From an uncultured Enterobacteriaceae bacterium (GTDB taxonomy: Bacteria > Pseudomonadota > Gammaproteobacteria > Burkholderiales > SG8-39), in the NCBI GenBank assembly GCA_964400745.1, contig CAYNVY010000004.1, forward strand, positions 1-61,186: a stretch of 61,186 nt of DNA, given 5' to 3'. A program made the position numbers and the translations under genes. The notes below the pieces were generated by a model. That model saw only the letters and a program-made list of their open reading frames with translations. It made no database searches and had not been told where the DNA came from. The stretch's first letter is position 1, and every line of letters starts with the position of its first letter. This document shows positions 30,313-39,397 of the stretch, piece after piece.

Positions 30313-30708
30313 GTTTTTTGCGGTGGCCTCTTCAGCGCCTTCCTGATAGACCTTCATGTCCGCACTGATCCCCGCCACGAAATCGCGGAAATCCTTGTGC
30401 TTCGTCAACTGCGCCTCGGCCGCCTCTTGCGAGTAGGCGATCGGCTTGCCGTCGTCGTCGTCGATCCCCTTCCAGTCGAGCAGGATGGTGCGCGCCATCA
30501 CTTTGATGGTGATCTTCTCCAGCACATCGTCGGGGAGGTTGTCCGCGCGCAGCGCAGCCTTGTGGGGCGCGATGAGGCGCTTGAGTTCGCGCCGGTTCTC
30601 GCGGTTGCCCGCGCGGGCGACCTTGATGCTGCCGCCTTCGCCCAGATCGACCCACACGCCTTCGATTTCCAGCTTTTCGCTGGTGCCAAATGCTGCCGAT
30701 AATTTCAT
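30310..30708 (-). CDS. Tail assembly chaperone (gpG-like)
   Basis: EGVWVD...IKVARAGN...LLDWKGI; between tail tube and tape measure genes. Confidence 0.82.
   Translation of the reverse strand: MKLSAAFGTSEKLEIEGVWVDLGEGGSIKVARAGNRENRRELKRLIAPHKAALRADNLPDDVLEKITIKVMARTILLDWKGIDDDDGKPIAYSQEAAEAQLTKHKDFRDFVAGISADMKVYQEGAEEATAKN
30313..30319 (-). other. Programmed -1 frameshift site A AAA AAC
   Basis: gca aaa aac tag at the end of gpG; the -1 frame joins the downstream ORF. Confidence 0.8.
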
Positions 30709-30843
30709 GATGTCTCCTGATCGCCTGAACCTGAAAGAGGAAGCAGCTGGGAAACGCGCTCAGGCAAACGCGCTTGTCGGCCGGCCGGCCTATCCCCGCT
30801 GCAGGGGGTTCTAAAGGGGGAGTTCCCCCTTTTCGAAACTGCG

Positions 30844-31776
30844 TTACAGCACCGTGATCTGCACCTCGTCATTGCCGGTGCTGCTGGGATCGACCGACAG
30901 GCCAAGCTGCAGCATCTGCACGCCGTCCTGCTCGGAATAGGCCGGCTTCTCCAGCTGGACGCTCGCCAGGTCGACCTTGAATTTGTTGCCGGCCGCCGTG
31001 CCGTGCGTGAGCGACAGCGTGGAGAGCGTCGCGTTCTTGATCGAGGTCCACCAGTCTTTCGTCGCCACGGTCGTGGCTTCGAAGGTCGCGCTGCCCGAGG
31101 GCTGGCGGTCGGTGATGAGCACCGCCTCCGTCCCGACCAGGTTGCGGTACACCACGTTGTTGGCAAGATCCACGGAGAGCGATGCGAGCACCGCGGCGAT
31201 GCCGTGGATCGTGAACGCCGAGGTGTAGGCGTTGACCACCGGCAGTGGCGTCTGGAACCCGGTCAGCGTCGGCGTCGGCAGCGCCGTATCGGTCGGCACG
31301 GTATAGAGGCCGGTGAATTTGAACGCCATCACCGGGATGCCCTTGGCGTCGAACTTCATCGAAAACGTGCCGCGCGCGCCGAGCAGCGCGTGCTTGATGC
31401 CATCCACGTTGAAATACAACGTGAGCGATTCGAAGCCGGTGGAGATCGGCTTGTAGAGCGCGCTGGTACCGGTGGAGATCGTCTCGCCCATGCCGCAGCC
31501 GCGCAGCAGCGGCCCGAACTTGGGCGCGTTGCCTGCGGTCCCGGCGCCCGCGATCTCGACCTCGAAGTCGAGCACCACGGTCTGTCCGGCCACGAGGGCC
31601 TGGTGATTGCCGAGATAGCCCTGCACGCCCTGGCGCTCGACGGTGATCGCCTCCAGCGGGGCGATCTTGACGTTCTGCGCCAGAATGGCGTCGGTGGCGC
31701 CGGCGGGGGTCGGGTCGGTGCCATATCCGGTTTCGATTTTGGCAAGCAGCACCATCTTGCGTGCGAGTAGCGGCAT
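30844..31776 (-). CDS. Major tail tube protein
   Basis: LLAKIETGYGTDPTP...LLRGCG; 310 aa; position. Confidence 0.85.
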   Translation of the reverse strand: MPLLARKMVLLAKIETGYGTDPTPAGATDAILAQNVKIAPLEAITVERQGVQGYLGNHQALVAGQTVVLDFEVEIAGAGTAGNAPKFGPLLRGCGMGETISTGTSALYKPISTGFESLTLYFNVDGIKHALLGARGTFSMKFDAKGIPVMAFKFTGLYTVPTDTALPTPTLTGFQTPLPVVNAYTSAFTIHGIAAVLASLSVDLANNVVYRNLVGTEAVLITDRQPSGSATFEATTVATKDWWTSIKNATLSTLSLTHGTAAGNKFKVDLASVQLEKPAYSEQDGVQMLQLGLSVDPSSTGNDEVQITVL

Positions 31777-31792
31777 AGTGTTCTCCTCTCAG

Positions 31793-31818
31793 AAAGAAAA
31801 AAGCCGCCAAGGGCGGCC
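31793..31818 (-). terminator. Intrinsic terminator within the late operon
   Basis: gccgcc cttg gcggc-type stem followed by ttttttcttt on the minus strand. Confidence 0.55.
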
Positions 31819-31843
31819 TGTCGGACTTCGGTTAGGGGTGGAA

Positions 31844-32062
31844 TTACAGGGTGCTATCCGGATCCGGCGCTGCGCTGCCGCGTCCAAATGTCTGCACAGG
31901 GGCGGCCGGCGCAATCGCCGTCTGGGGCTGATCCGGCGGCGCAACCACCTGGACGCGGCGTCCCGTGCGCGGGTCGAGCGTGTAGCTGCCGCCGACGCCT
32001 TCGTAGGGATCGGGCTCGGCCGGGGCCGGCGCGGGGGCTGCGGGTGCGATGATCGGGGGCAT
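31844..32062 (-). CDS. Small Pro-rich phage protein
   Basis: AAGGAG RBS; GGSYTLDPRTG core. Confidence 0.55.
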   Translation of the reverse strand: MPPIIAPAAPAPAPAEPDPYEGVGGSYTLDPRTGRRVQVVAPPDQPQTAIAPAAPVQTFGRGSAAPDPDSTL

Positions 32063-32072
32063 GGCGGTCTCC

Positions 32073-32510
32073 TTACTGGGTCAAATCAGCCGCGCTGGTG
32101 CGATAGCGCACGTTGTAGCGCAGGGTCACTTCCACGGCGTCCTGCTCGGCCTGGTCGAAGCGCCACGGCCCCGTGGGGCCTTCGGACGTATCGATCGCGA
32201 GGCTGCCCAGGGTACGATCGGCCATGATCTTCGCGTGGGCGCCGACTACAGTGGGATCGGCGAGCGAATCGGGCACATCGCCTTCCATCAGCACGAGGAC
32301 TTCGACCTCGAACTCGCGGTTCACTTTGCCGTTGGTGTCTTCATTCGGCACATCGCTCTGGCCCGGGCGCACGATGATCGCCGGCAACTGCCCGCTCGTG
32401 AGCGCCTCCAGGCGCGAGCGGTAGACATTGGCGCCGGCGGCCGTCTGCGGCGCGGCGAGCAGCAACGTCTGAAACTTGGCCAGGATGGCTTCGCGTACGC
32501 TCGTGGTCAT
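32073..32510 (-). CDS. Tail terminator (lambda gpU-like)
   Basis: MTTSVREAIL...VYRSR...LPAI; 145 aa. Confidence 0.7.
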   Translation of the reverse strand: MTTSVREAILAKFQTLLLAAPQTAAGANVYRSRLEALTSGQLPAIIVRPGQSDVPNEDTNGKVNREFEVEVLVLMEGDVPDSLADPTVVGAHAKIMADRTLGSLAIDTSEGPTGPWRFDQAEQDAVEVTLRYNVRYRTSAADLTQ

Positions 32511-32797
32511 CGCTTCAGCCGCAATACGGTGATGCCGGAGACGCCATCGGGTTCGATGCCGCCCACCGTGTAGGTGATGCCGCCGCGCACGACGGGATCG
32601 CCATGCTTCATGGTAGACAGATCGCCGGTCATGCCGGCGATGCCCGGATCGCTCGATTCGATCAGGCCGCCGTCCAGGCTGTGAAACGGTTTCAGAAAAA
32701 TGCCCCGCACAGTGGCCGCCGTGCCGCCCGTGGGCGTGCAGGTGACATCCTCGCCCAGCCGGGTGAGGATGCGCTGCATGTGCGAGGCCCAGTCCAC
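32507..32797 (-). CDS. Head-tail joining protein (gpFII-like)
   Basis: GEDVT...VRGIF...IEPDG...VLRL; position. Confidence 0.7.
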   Translation of the reverse strand: MDWASHMQRILTRLGEDVTCTPTGGTAATVRGIFLKPFHSLDGGLIESSDPGIAGMTGDLSTMKHGDPVVRGGITYTVGGIEPDGVSGITVLRLKR

Positions 32798-32809
32798 GCT
32801 GATGCCGGC

Positions 32810-33148
32810 TTATCGCGCCGGTTCGTTGAGGCGCGCGCGCACCGTGGTGGCCGCGGTACCGGCGGTCGAGAGGCAGATGCCCACTTCGAGCGCCGAACCC
32901 GTGCCGCTGGTGGTGCACACCTTGTTCGTGTCGTCCCAGTAGACCGGGGCGCCGGCCGCGAAGGAAATCGCGGTCGCCTTGGCGATGTCGAACACGCCTT
33001 CGGTGGCGATGACGCCGGCAGCGCCGGAGCCGTAGGTCTCTGTCGCGATCCCGAAGAGGCGCGTGCCGACCAGGCAGCCGCCGCCGGAGCTCACTGCGTA
33101 GGGCGTGGTGATCTCGACGCGATCGCCGCTATACACGTAATTGTTCAT
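32810..33148 (-). CDS. DUF2190-like capsid decoration/cement protein
   Basis: MNNYVYSGD...EGVFDIAK...GAPVYWD...VRARLN. Confidence 0.8.
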   Translation of the reverse strand: MNNYVYSGDRVEITTPYAVSSGGGCLVGTRLFGIATETYGSGAAGVIATEGVFDIAKATAISFAAGAPVYWDDTNKVCTTSGTGSALEVGICLSTAGTAATTVRARLNEPAR

Positions 33149-33235
33149 GTTGCGTTCCTTTCAAAATGAGTTCAGAGAAGGCCGGGCGGCCGGTGCAGCG
33201 CCGCCCGTAACCATGGCAAGCGTTGAGGGATCCGG

Positions 33236-35251
33236 TTATGCGCCGGCGTTCTTGTAGAGGCCGCGGAAGTCGAGCGCTTTGGCCGCGAAGTCCTCACGTA
33301 CCTTGAGCTCCAGCCCGTCGACTTCGAAGCCCATGCGCGACTCCAGATACACGCCGCGCTGCCCTTCCAGGTAGGCATACTCGATCGTGTCCACCTGGGC
33401 CGGATCCGCCGCCAGATACCAGGCGGTGGCGCTGTTGGCATCGAGGCGGGCCTCGGCAATCGGCTGCAGCTGCGAGCGGCCGCCAGCGGCAAACGGGTTG
33501 ATGTTGGACGATTGCGTCGCCTGGTAGGCGTTGCTGGTGAACTGCTCGGCAATCGACTCCAGTGCAGCCGGCACGATCAGGTAGGACGGCCGCAGATTGA
33601 GCGGACGCCCTTCCAAGCCGTTCTGCTTGCGCATCGCAGCGCGGCCGACGCCAAGCGAGGTAACCGAAATCACCGTGCCCGGGCCTGTGGTCAAGTTCGC
33701 ATGCGTCGCGACGCTGAACAGGGCCACGCTGTCCACGCCCAGGGCAGCGTTGGCGGTCACGATGCCGTACACGGTATCGGACTCCAGATCCGCCGCGGCG
33801 CGCGCGCACAGTTCCGGCAGTCGGGTGAAAGCGCCCATGTCGTCGTTGATGATGGTCTGGCGGTTGATGCCGATGATGCGGGCATAGCTCGCGAGGTTGT
33901 AGACCTCTTTGCCATCGGTCACGACGCCGCGCTTGATCTCGCCGCCCGACTTAACTTCGAGCAGCGCCGGCGCACCCGACATCTGGATGCGGTTGATGTT
34001 CTTGAAGTCCGGCGCCGTGGACTCGCGCGCCCAGGCGACGAAAGTGCGCGGGCTCGAATCGTAGGCGCGCCTCAGCGACTTGTTCGCCGCGTCGAGCACG
34101 ATGGCAGGCAGGTCGGAGCCGGCCATGTAGGTCCGCTCCCACATCTGCACCGGCGACATGCCCATGGTGCGTATACCCTTCTGCTCCAGGCAGAAACGCA
34201 TCATTTCGCGCAGCGTCATGCCGACGTACTGGCGTGCCGCCGCGTTTTCCTTGGCGTCGAGGTTGTAGGTGCGCGGATCGGAGCGCGCGAGCAGCGCCGT
34301 GGCCATCGCCTCGCGCCGGATGACGGTCTCGTCGCCAGTGACAAAGATCATGCCGCCATCGCCCGAACGCACCGGGGTCTTGGTCGTCTTTTCCGCGAGC
34401 TTTTCGAGCACGCGGGCGCGTGCCACGTCGAGCGTGACGTTGTCGTTGATCAGCGTGTCCTCGAAGGCGCGCTCGAGCGTGTGCGCGGCGCACAGGTCGC
34501 GAATGCCCTTGACCCGCGTGCGCTCAGCCGCGGTGGCCGCGTCAGCGGCTGCTGCGGCGCGGGCGCGCTCGTCGGTTTCACGTTGCTCGGCGGCTTGGGT
34601 AGCGGCCGCCTGAGCTGCTCTTTCTTTCTCGTCCATGTTGGACTCCTTTCGTTGAGTGGCGGGGACCGCCGAGGGTTGAGGTGAAACTGCGTCGATGAAT
34701 TCGCAGGGATGGGTACGTTGATCTTCGGTGCGGACCCCTGCGCCAGCGTCCGCCCCGACCGGAACCAGGGAGATTTCCATCGGCTCCCAATCCACCGCGC
34801 GGTAGATCGGGAGACCATCGCTCGTGTCGTCCGCGGGCAGCATTTCCACGCGGTAGGTGTTGTAGCCCGCCGACACGTTGCGAATGATCTTGTCCTGCAC
34901 GTCCTGGAAGATCGGCTCGACATCGGCGCGCGAGGAAAAGCGCACCGTCGCGATGCCTTCGCCCGCGCGCAGCGATGCGCCGTCGACGACGCCGATCTGG
35001 TCCTCGACGCTCCAGCGGTTGTGCGCATTGAGGAGCGGTGCGCCGTTCTGCAGCCGCCCCATGCGCACGTGCGCGGGATCCAGCGACAGTTCCTCCCAGT
35101 AGGCGCGATCGCGCATCCAGTCGTAGCGCTTCACGCGCGCGCCGGTGCTCCAGACCAGGTCGGCGGTGCGCGCCGCCTTGTCCACGGTGCTGATTGGCGC
35201 GAGACGCGTCTGCATCGGGATTTCGGCGCGGCGGGTCTTGTCGTTCATCAT
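33236..35251 (-). CDS. Prohead protease-major capsid fusion
   Basis: PLLNAH, NVSAGY, WEPMEISLVPVGAD protease motifs fused to a capsid domain ending DFRGLYKNAG. Confidence 0.9.
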   Translation of the reverse strand: MMNDKTRRAEIPMQTRLAPISTVDKAARTADLVWSTGARVKRYDWMRDRAYWEELSLDPAHVRMGRLQNGAPLLNAHNRWSVEDQIGVVDGASLRAGEGIATVRFSSRADVEPIFQDVQDKIIRNVSAGYNTYRVEMLPADDTSDGLPIYRAVDWEPMEISLVPVGADAGAGVRTEDQRTHPCEFIDAVSPQPSAVPATQRKESNMDEKERAAQAAATQAAEQRETDERARAAAAADAATAAERTRVKGIRDLCAAHTLERAFEDTLINDNVTLDVARARVLEKLAEKTTKTPVRSGDGGMIFVTGDETVIRREAMATALLARSDPRTYNLDAKENAAARQYVGMTLREMMRFCLEQKGIRTMGMSPVQMWERTYMAGSDLPAIVLDAANKSLRRAYDSSPRTFVAWARESTAPDFKNINRIQMSGAPALLEVKSGGEIKRGVVTDGKEVYNLASYARIIGINRQTIINDDMGAFTRLPELCARAAADLESDTVYGIVTANAALGVDSVALFSVATHANLTTGPGTVISVTSLGVGRAAMRKQNGLEGRPLNLRPSYLIVPAALESIAEQFTSNAYQATQSSNINPFAAGGRSQLQPIAEARLDANSATAWYLAADPAQVDTIEYAYLEGQRGVYLESRMGFEVDGLELKVREDFAAKALDFRGLYKNAGA

Positions 35252-35259
35252 GGACCTCC

Positions 35260-35288
35260 AAAAGAAAAAGCCCGGGATGTCCGGGCCT
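35260..35288 (-). terminator. Terminator-like hairpin between portal and capsid genes
   Basis: gcccgg acatc ccgggc followed by tttttcttt on the minus strand. Confidence 0.55.
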
Positions 35289-35306
35289 TGGGTTATTGCG
35301 AATGCG

Positions 35307-36809
35307 CTACGGTTTGGACTTTGCGTCCGCCGACACGCCAGTCGGCTCGTCTTCGGCCGCCGCCGTATCGGCCGGATTCGCCGGCCGGCCGCCGATCGCG
35401 ACAGCCGCATTGGAATCGACCACGACGTTCAACGCCTTGAGCGTCTTCAGTTCCTCCGCTTTCTCGGCGAACACCTCTTGCGGGTCGTCGCCGTTTTGGC
35501 GGATCTTCTCCGACAGCGACGACAGCCCGCCGCGGATCTCTTCCTTCGCTGCCTGGATATCCTTCAGCGGATCCACATACGGCCACTTCGGCGCGGTCCA
35601 GATCGCGTTGTAGTTGCGCGTGCGGATGCTGCCCGCGGTCCAGGCGGCGTCCATGAACCAGGCCTCGAGGCGGTTGCACACCACCGGAATGAAGTCGATC
35701 CAGCGCCACTGGTCGACCAGGTCGCGGATGTCCTGCTGTCCCGCGCGAATCGACGAGAAACTGACCTTCGTCATGTCGCCCGTGAGCATTTCATACGACA
35801 CGCCGGCGCCGGCGGCGATCGCCCGCAGTTGCGTCGTCGTATAGTCGCCATAGCCCGACGAGACCGACGGCGTGCCGAAGGTCACCTGTTCGTTCGCCCC
35901 AAGATACTCGATGATTCCAGGAGCGATCGTTTCGTTGCGCTTCGCCGGCGTCGTCGACGAGTCCGTCGTGACTTCGCCGAGCGGCGTGTTCGGGTTCCCG
36001 CCATGCACGAAGGCGACGAAGCAGGCCTCGATCTTCTTCCGCACGAGCTCAGCCTCTTCGTACTCGTCCAGGTCGCGCATCTTGATGATCGACGCCGCCA
36101 GGCGCGGCATGCCGCGCAGCTGACCCGGCCGGCGCTTTTCGTAGAAGTGAATCACTTCCGCTGCGTCAACGCGGTGGCTGTACAGACTCCTGGGCAGCAG
36201 CACGTTCTCGCCCGGGTGCTGATCGTACAGCCAGTACGCCACCACCTGGCCCAGCTTGTTGATCTCAACGCCGGCGATGGCGTAATTTCCGTTCGCCTGC
36301 GGGCCGTAGCGCATCGGGTCGAGGTAATCGGGTTCGAGCACCTGCAGCTTCAGCGGCACGTCGCCGGTCGTGGTGCGGATACGGCGAATCAGGACCTCGC
36401 CCGATTCGAACGCGGCGCGCGCGGCCAGCATCTGGATCCCGTACAAGTCGAAATGCCCGTCGAAATCGCAGTTCTTGACCCAGTTTTCCCAGGACTTCTT
36501 CGCGCCCTTATCCAGGCGGGCGCGGATCCCGGTACCGATGCTCTTGGACGCGAGCGAATTCATCGCCTTCGCGGCATAGGGATTGTTGCGCACCAGGTCG
36601 CGCGAACGGTCGCGCGTGATCCGGAAGGCGGCGCCGATCTCCGCGTTCGCCGACGTGCCCGTGGTGTTCCAGCCAGACGTGCGCCGGTCCACCCGCGCCG
36701 CCTCGTAGGCGCGCGCTTTCGAAATCACGTTGAGCGCCGCGCGCGCGCGCACCCGGCGCAGGCCCTTCTCTGGCGCCAGATAGCCTATGGTGCGATCGAT
36801 CCAGTTCAT
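35307..36809 (-). CDS. Lambda-family portal protein
   Basis: RSRDLVRNNPYA, RPGQLRGMP, YEMLTGD, FSSIRAG, VDPLKD. Confidence 0.93.
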   Translation of the reverse strand: MNWIDRTIGYLAPEKGLRRVRARAALNVISKARAYEAARVDRRTSGWNTTGTSANAEIGAAFRITRDRSRDLVRNNPYAAKAMNSLASKSIGTGIRARLDKGAKKSWENWVKNCDFDGHFDLYGIQMLAARAAFESGEVLIRRIRTTTGDVPLKLQVLEPDYLDPMRYGPQANGNYAIAGVEINKLGQVVAYWLYDQHPGENVLLPRSLYSHRVDAAEVIHFYEKRRPGQLRGMPRLAASIIKMRDLDEYEEAELVRKKIEACFVAFVHGGNPNTPLGEVTTDSSTTPAKRNETIAPGIIEYLGANEQVTFGTPSVSSGYGDYTTTQLRAIAAGAGVSYEMLTGDMTKVSFSSIRAGQQDIRDLVDQWRWIDFIPVVCNRLEAWFMDAAWTAGSIRTRNYNAIWTAPKWPYVDPLKDIQAAKEEIRGGLSSLSEKIRQNGDDPQEVFAEKAEELKTLKALNVVVDSNAAVAIGGRPANPADTAAAEDEPTGVSADAKSKP

Positions 36810-37348
36810 TGCGTCAGCTCCGGCGCCGTCCAGTAACATTGATAAGGCGCCGAGTCGATGACCGGCAGCCCGGCGTTCACGATCGCTTTTTCCACGCCTG
36901 GGCAGAGCGACCAGCGCCAGTCGTCGAACACGATCATCCCGCCCGGCACCATGCGCGGGACCAGCCAGGCGATTGCGGCCGCGGTGCTCTGCTCATAGTC
37001 GAAATCGACGTGGGCAAAGCAAAAACAACCCTCCAGCCCCTCAGCCGATGCTGGGAACAGGCCCCGCTTGAGCACCACGTTCGGCGGCATTTCGCGCGCC
37101 AGGCGCTCGAAGTCCACATCGCCGAAGGTCCCCGGCGAGACCAGCTCGCCGCCGTTCCAGGATTCCTTGGGCAAGCCGGCGAAGGTGTCGAACCCGTAGC
37201 AAGTCTTCTGCGGGCAGAACACGGCCATCGACTGCAGCGCGCCGCCCTGGTAGACGCCCAACTCCGCGATACTGCCCTCCAGGTGCCGCGCGCGCGCGAG
37301 TAGTTCCAGCAGCGTCACGAGCTTCGGCCCGAGCAGTGTCTGCATCAC
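36806..37348 (-). CDS. TylF/MycF-family O-methyltransferase
   Basis: IAELGVYQG, GFDTFAGLP, GLFPAS, FAHVDFD, GGMIVFDDW. Confidence 0.85.
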   Translation of the reverse strand: MMQTLLGPKLVTLLELLARARHLEGSIAELGVYQGGALQSMAVFCPQKTCYGFDTFAGLPKESWNGGELVSPGTFGDVDFERLAREMPPNVVLKRGLFPASAEGLEGCFCFAHVDFDYEQSTAAAIAWLVPRMVPGGMIVFDDWRWSLCPGVEKAIVNAGLPVIDSAPYQCYWTAPELTQ

Positions 37349-37352
37349 GTCC

Positions 37353-37562
37353 TCAGCCTTTCGTGAAAGACGTATAGACGCGCCGCGGCGTCGTGTCCGT
37401 CAGCAGGCCCGAGGCGATCAGCTCAGCGCGGATCATGTCCCGGGCCGAACGCAGGTCCGCCATGCTGCGATAGGTGACCTTCTTCCCTTCGTACTCGACC
37501 GTGAGTTCCCCTGTGCCGATCGCCGTTTCGATCGCCGTCAGTTGTGCGACGCTGAACGCCAT
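37353..37562 (-). CDS. Head-tail joining protein (gpW-like)
   Basis: QLTAIETAIGTGELTVEYEGKKVTYRSMADL. Confidence 0.85.
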   Translation of the reverse strand: MAFSVAQLTAIETAIGTGELTVEYEGKKVTYRSMADLRSARDMIRAELIASGLLTDTTPRRVYTSFTKG

Positions 37563-37573
37563 GAGCGTGCCCT

Positions 37574-39382
37574 CTAAGCTGCGTGCTGCAGCGCCATCGG
37601 CGCCAGCGTTTTCAGATAGGCGCGCACACGCTGCGCCACGTCGTCCGGGCGGATCGTCGTCTGGCACAGCGCTCGCCCCGACCCCACTTCCGGCGTGCAG
37701 TAGCGCATGTGGTGATGGATCCGGTGGCACGGCCAGCACGGCGCCGCTTCCGGCAGGATCTCCACCGCGTTGACCCAGTGCAGCGTCAGATCACCAGGCC
37801 CCGAGTGCGTCAACAGCACCATCTTCAGCATCGGTTCCATCGCTACGGCGTTGAGGATCCCCGTTTCCTGCCCGACCACCGCGTCGCAGACCTGCGCGAA
37901 CGCGAGAACGTTGCGCAGCGGCCAGGTCGTGCCGATCGGGCGCACGCCCGGCGGCAGCTGCACGCCCTTCAGGTCTCCCAGGTCGCCGGCGAGGAATACC
38001 GTGATTCCCTCGACCGCGAGCTGCTCTGCGAATGCGTGCACATGCGGCCAGTATTTCGTCGGCGATGAGCCCGAGGCCGCAACCAATACCGCCTGGCCGG
38101 GGATCTCCGCGCGTTCCTTGTCTGCCCAGGCCTTCTCCTCGGCGCTCGGATAGAAACGTTGGTGGAAATCGCCGTGAGCCAGGCCCGGCACTTCGGCGAG
38201 CGCGTGCAGCCGTTCCAGATAATTGCCGCCGAACACCTGGCGGCGCAGCGCCTGCGGCCAGTAATAACGCAGGTCTGATTCGATCGCGATCATGTTCTTC
38301 TCGATCGATTCGTTCAGGTTGATGATGCGATCGAACTGCTTGGCCTGCTGATCGAAGAACGCCGCCGCCACGTTTCCCGGCATTTCGTGATACATGACGA
38401 TGGCGTCAACGTGCGGGTCGTGCCGCAGCATTTCCTCGCCGCGCTGTTCCGTATAGACGGTGATGTGATAGCCCGCAGCCTTCAGGTGCGGCAGCACGCT
38501 GGAGGCCATCAGTACGTCGCCGTAGGCGCCCGGCCGGATCACCGCCACGGTCTTCTGCCCCGGCGCCGGATCGCGGTCGTTGCGCCCCACCGGAGACAAC
38601 CCGCGGCGCCAGTCGTCGTCCGGTCCGGACACTTCACACAGTGCAATGCGGCCCTGCTTTTCGCGCGGCAGGCACAGCATGTTGATCGACACGATGCCCG
38701 GGAAGATGTTGTCCCGGTTGCCGCGCACGTTCCCCGCGTTGAAGAGCGGCGGCAGGTGCCACCACATCTGGTAATCGAGCGCCGCGATCGCGCTGATCAG
38801 GGCCGCGGACTTCTCCGGCCGGTCGTTCTCGACGTACAGCGTGGGGCGCAGGCGGTGGATCGTATCCAGGGCGCCGGCGATCACGTCACCTTCCATGCCC
38901 TCGACGTCGATCTTCAGCAAGCTCAGGCTGTCGAGCTTGAGGCTGTCGATCGTGACGAGCGGCACCGATTCGCCGGCGCCGGCGCCGAGCTCGACGCCGC
39001 CGAAGTTGCCGATCGCGCCGTAGTCGACTTCGGGCACGGCGATCATGCCGGGCGCGGATCCGACCGCCGCATGCACCGCCACCGCGTTGGCGCAGCCGTT
39101 CTCGCGCAGGTTCGACGCCAGGATCTCGTGGATCGCGCGCTGCGGCTCGAACGCGATCAGCCGCCCGTCGGCGCCCAGGCAGCGCGCCAGGTGCACGCTG
39201 TGCGCGCCGATGTTCGCCCCGACTTCGACCACTACCTGGCCAGGCCGGATCAGCTGCTCCAGCAGGCCTGCCTCGGCATCCGAAAACTCCCCGTACAGTT
39301 CGAGCGACATGCCGATGAACTTGTCGTTCGGCGGATAACGCAGCACGCCGTGCTTGCAGCGTGCGATGGCGGTTTCGATCAT
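37574..39382 (-). CDS. FkbM-family methyltransferase fused to a GT9-like glycosyltransferase
   Basis: VEVGANIG, AFEPQ, LKIDVEG; then IRPGAYGDVL, KYWP, VGQETG, PCWPCH. Confidence 0.85.
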   Translation of the reverse strand: MIETAIARCKHGVLRYPPNDKFIGMSLELYGEFSDAEAGLLEQLIRPGQVVVEVGANIGAHSVHLARCLGADGRLIAFEPQRAIHEILASNLRENGCANAVAVHAAVGSAPGMIAVPEVDYGAIGNFGGVELGAGAGESVPLVTIDSLKLDSLSLLKIDVEGMEGDVIAGALDTIHRLRPTLYVENDRPEKSAALISAIAALDYQMWWHLPPLFNAGNVRGNRDNIFPGIVSINMLCLPREKQGRIALCEVSGPDDDWRRGLSPVGRNDRDPAPGQKTVAVIRPGAYGDVLMASSVLPHLKAAGYHITVYTEQRGEEMLRHDPHVDAIVMYHEMPGNVAAAFFDQQAKQFDRIINLNESIEKNMIAIESDLRYYWPQALRRQVFGGNYLERLHALAEVPGLAHGDFHQRFYPSAEEKAWADKERAEIPGQAVLVAASGSSPTKYWPHVHAFAEQLAVEGITVFLAGDLGDLKGVQLPPGVRPIGTTWPLRNVLAFAQVCDAVVGQETGILNAVAMEPMLKMVLLTHSGPGDLTLHWVNAVEILPEAAPCWPCHRIHHHMRYCTPEVGSGRALCQTTIRPDDVAQRVRAYLKTLAPMALQHAA

Positions 39383-39397
39383 TGCCTGATCTCCTGA

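Noticed and set aside
30790-30836. G/C-run hairpins between the tail tube and chaperone genes as an ncRNA
   Set aside because: They are adequately explained as a terminator or mRNA-stability hairpin after a highly expressed structural gene.
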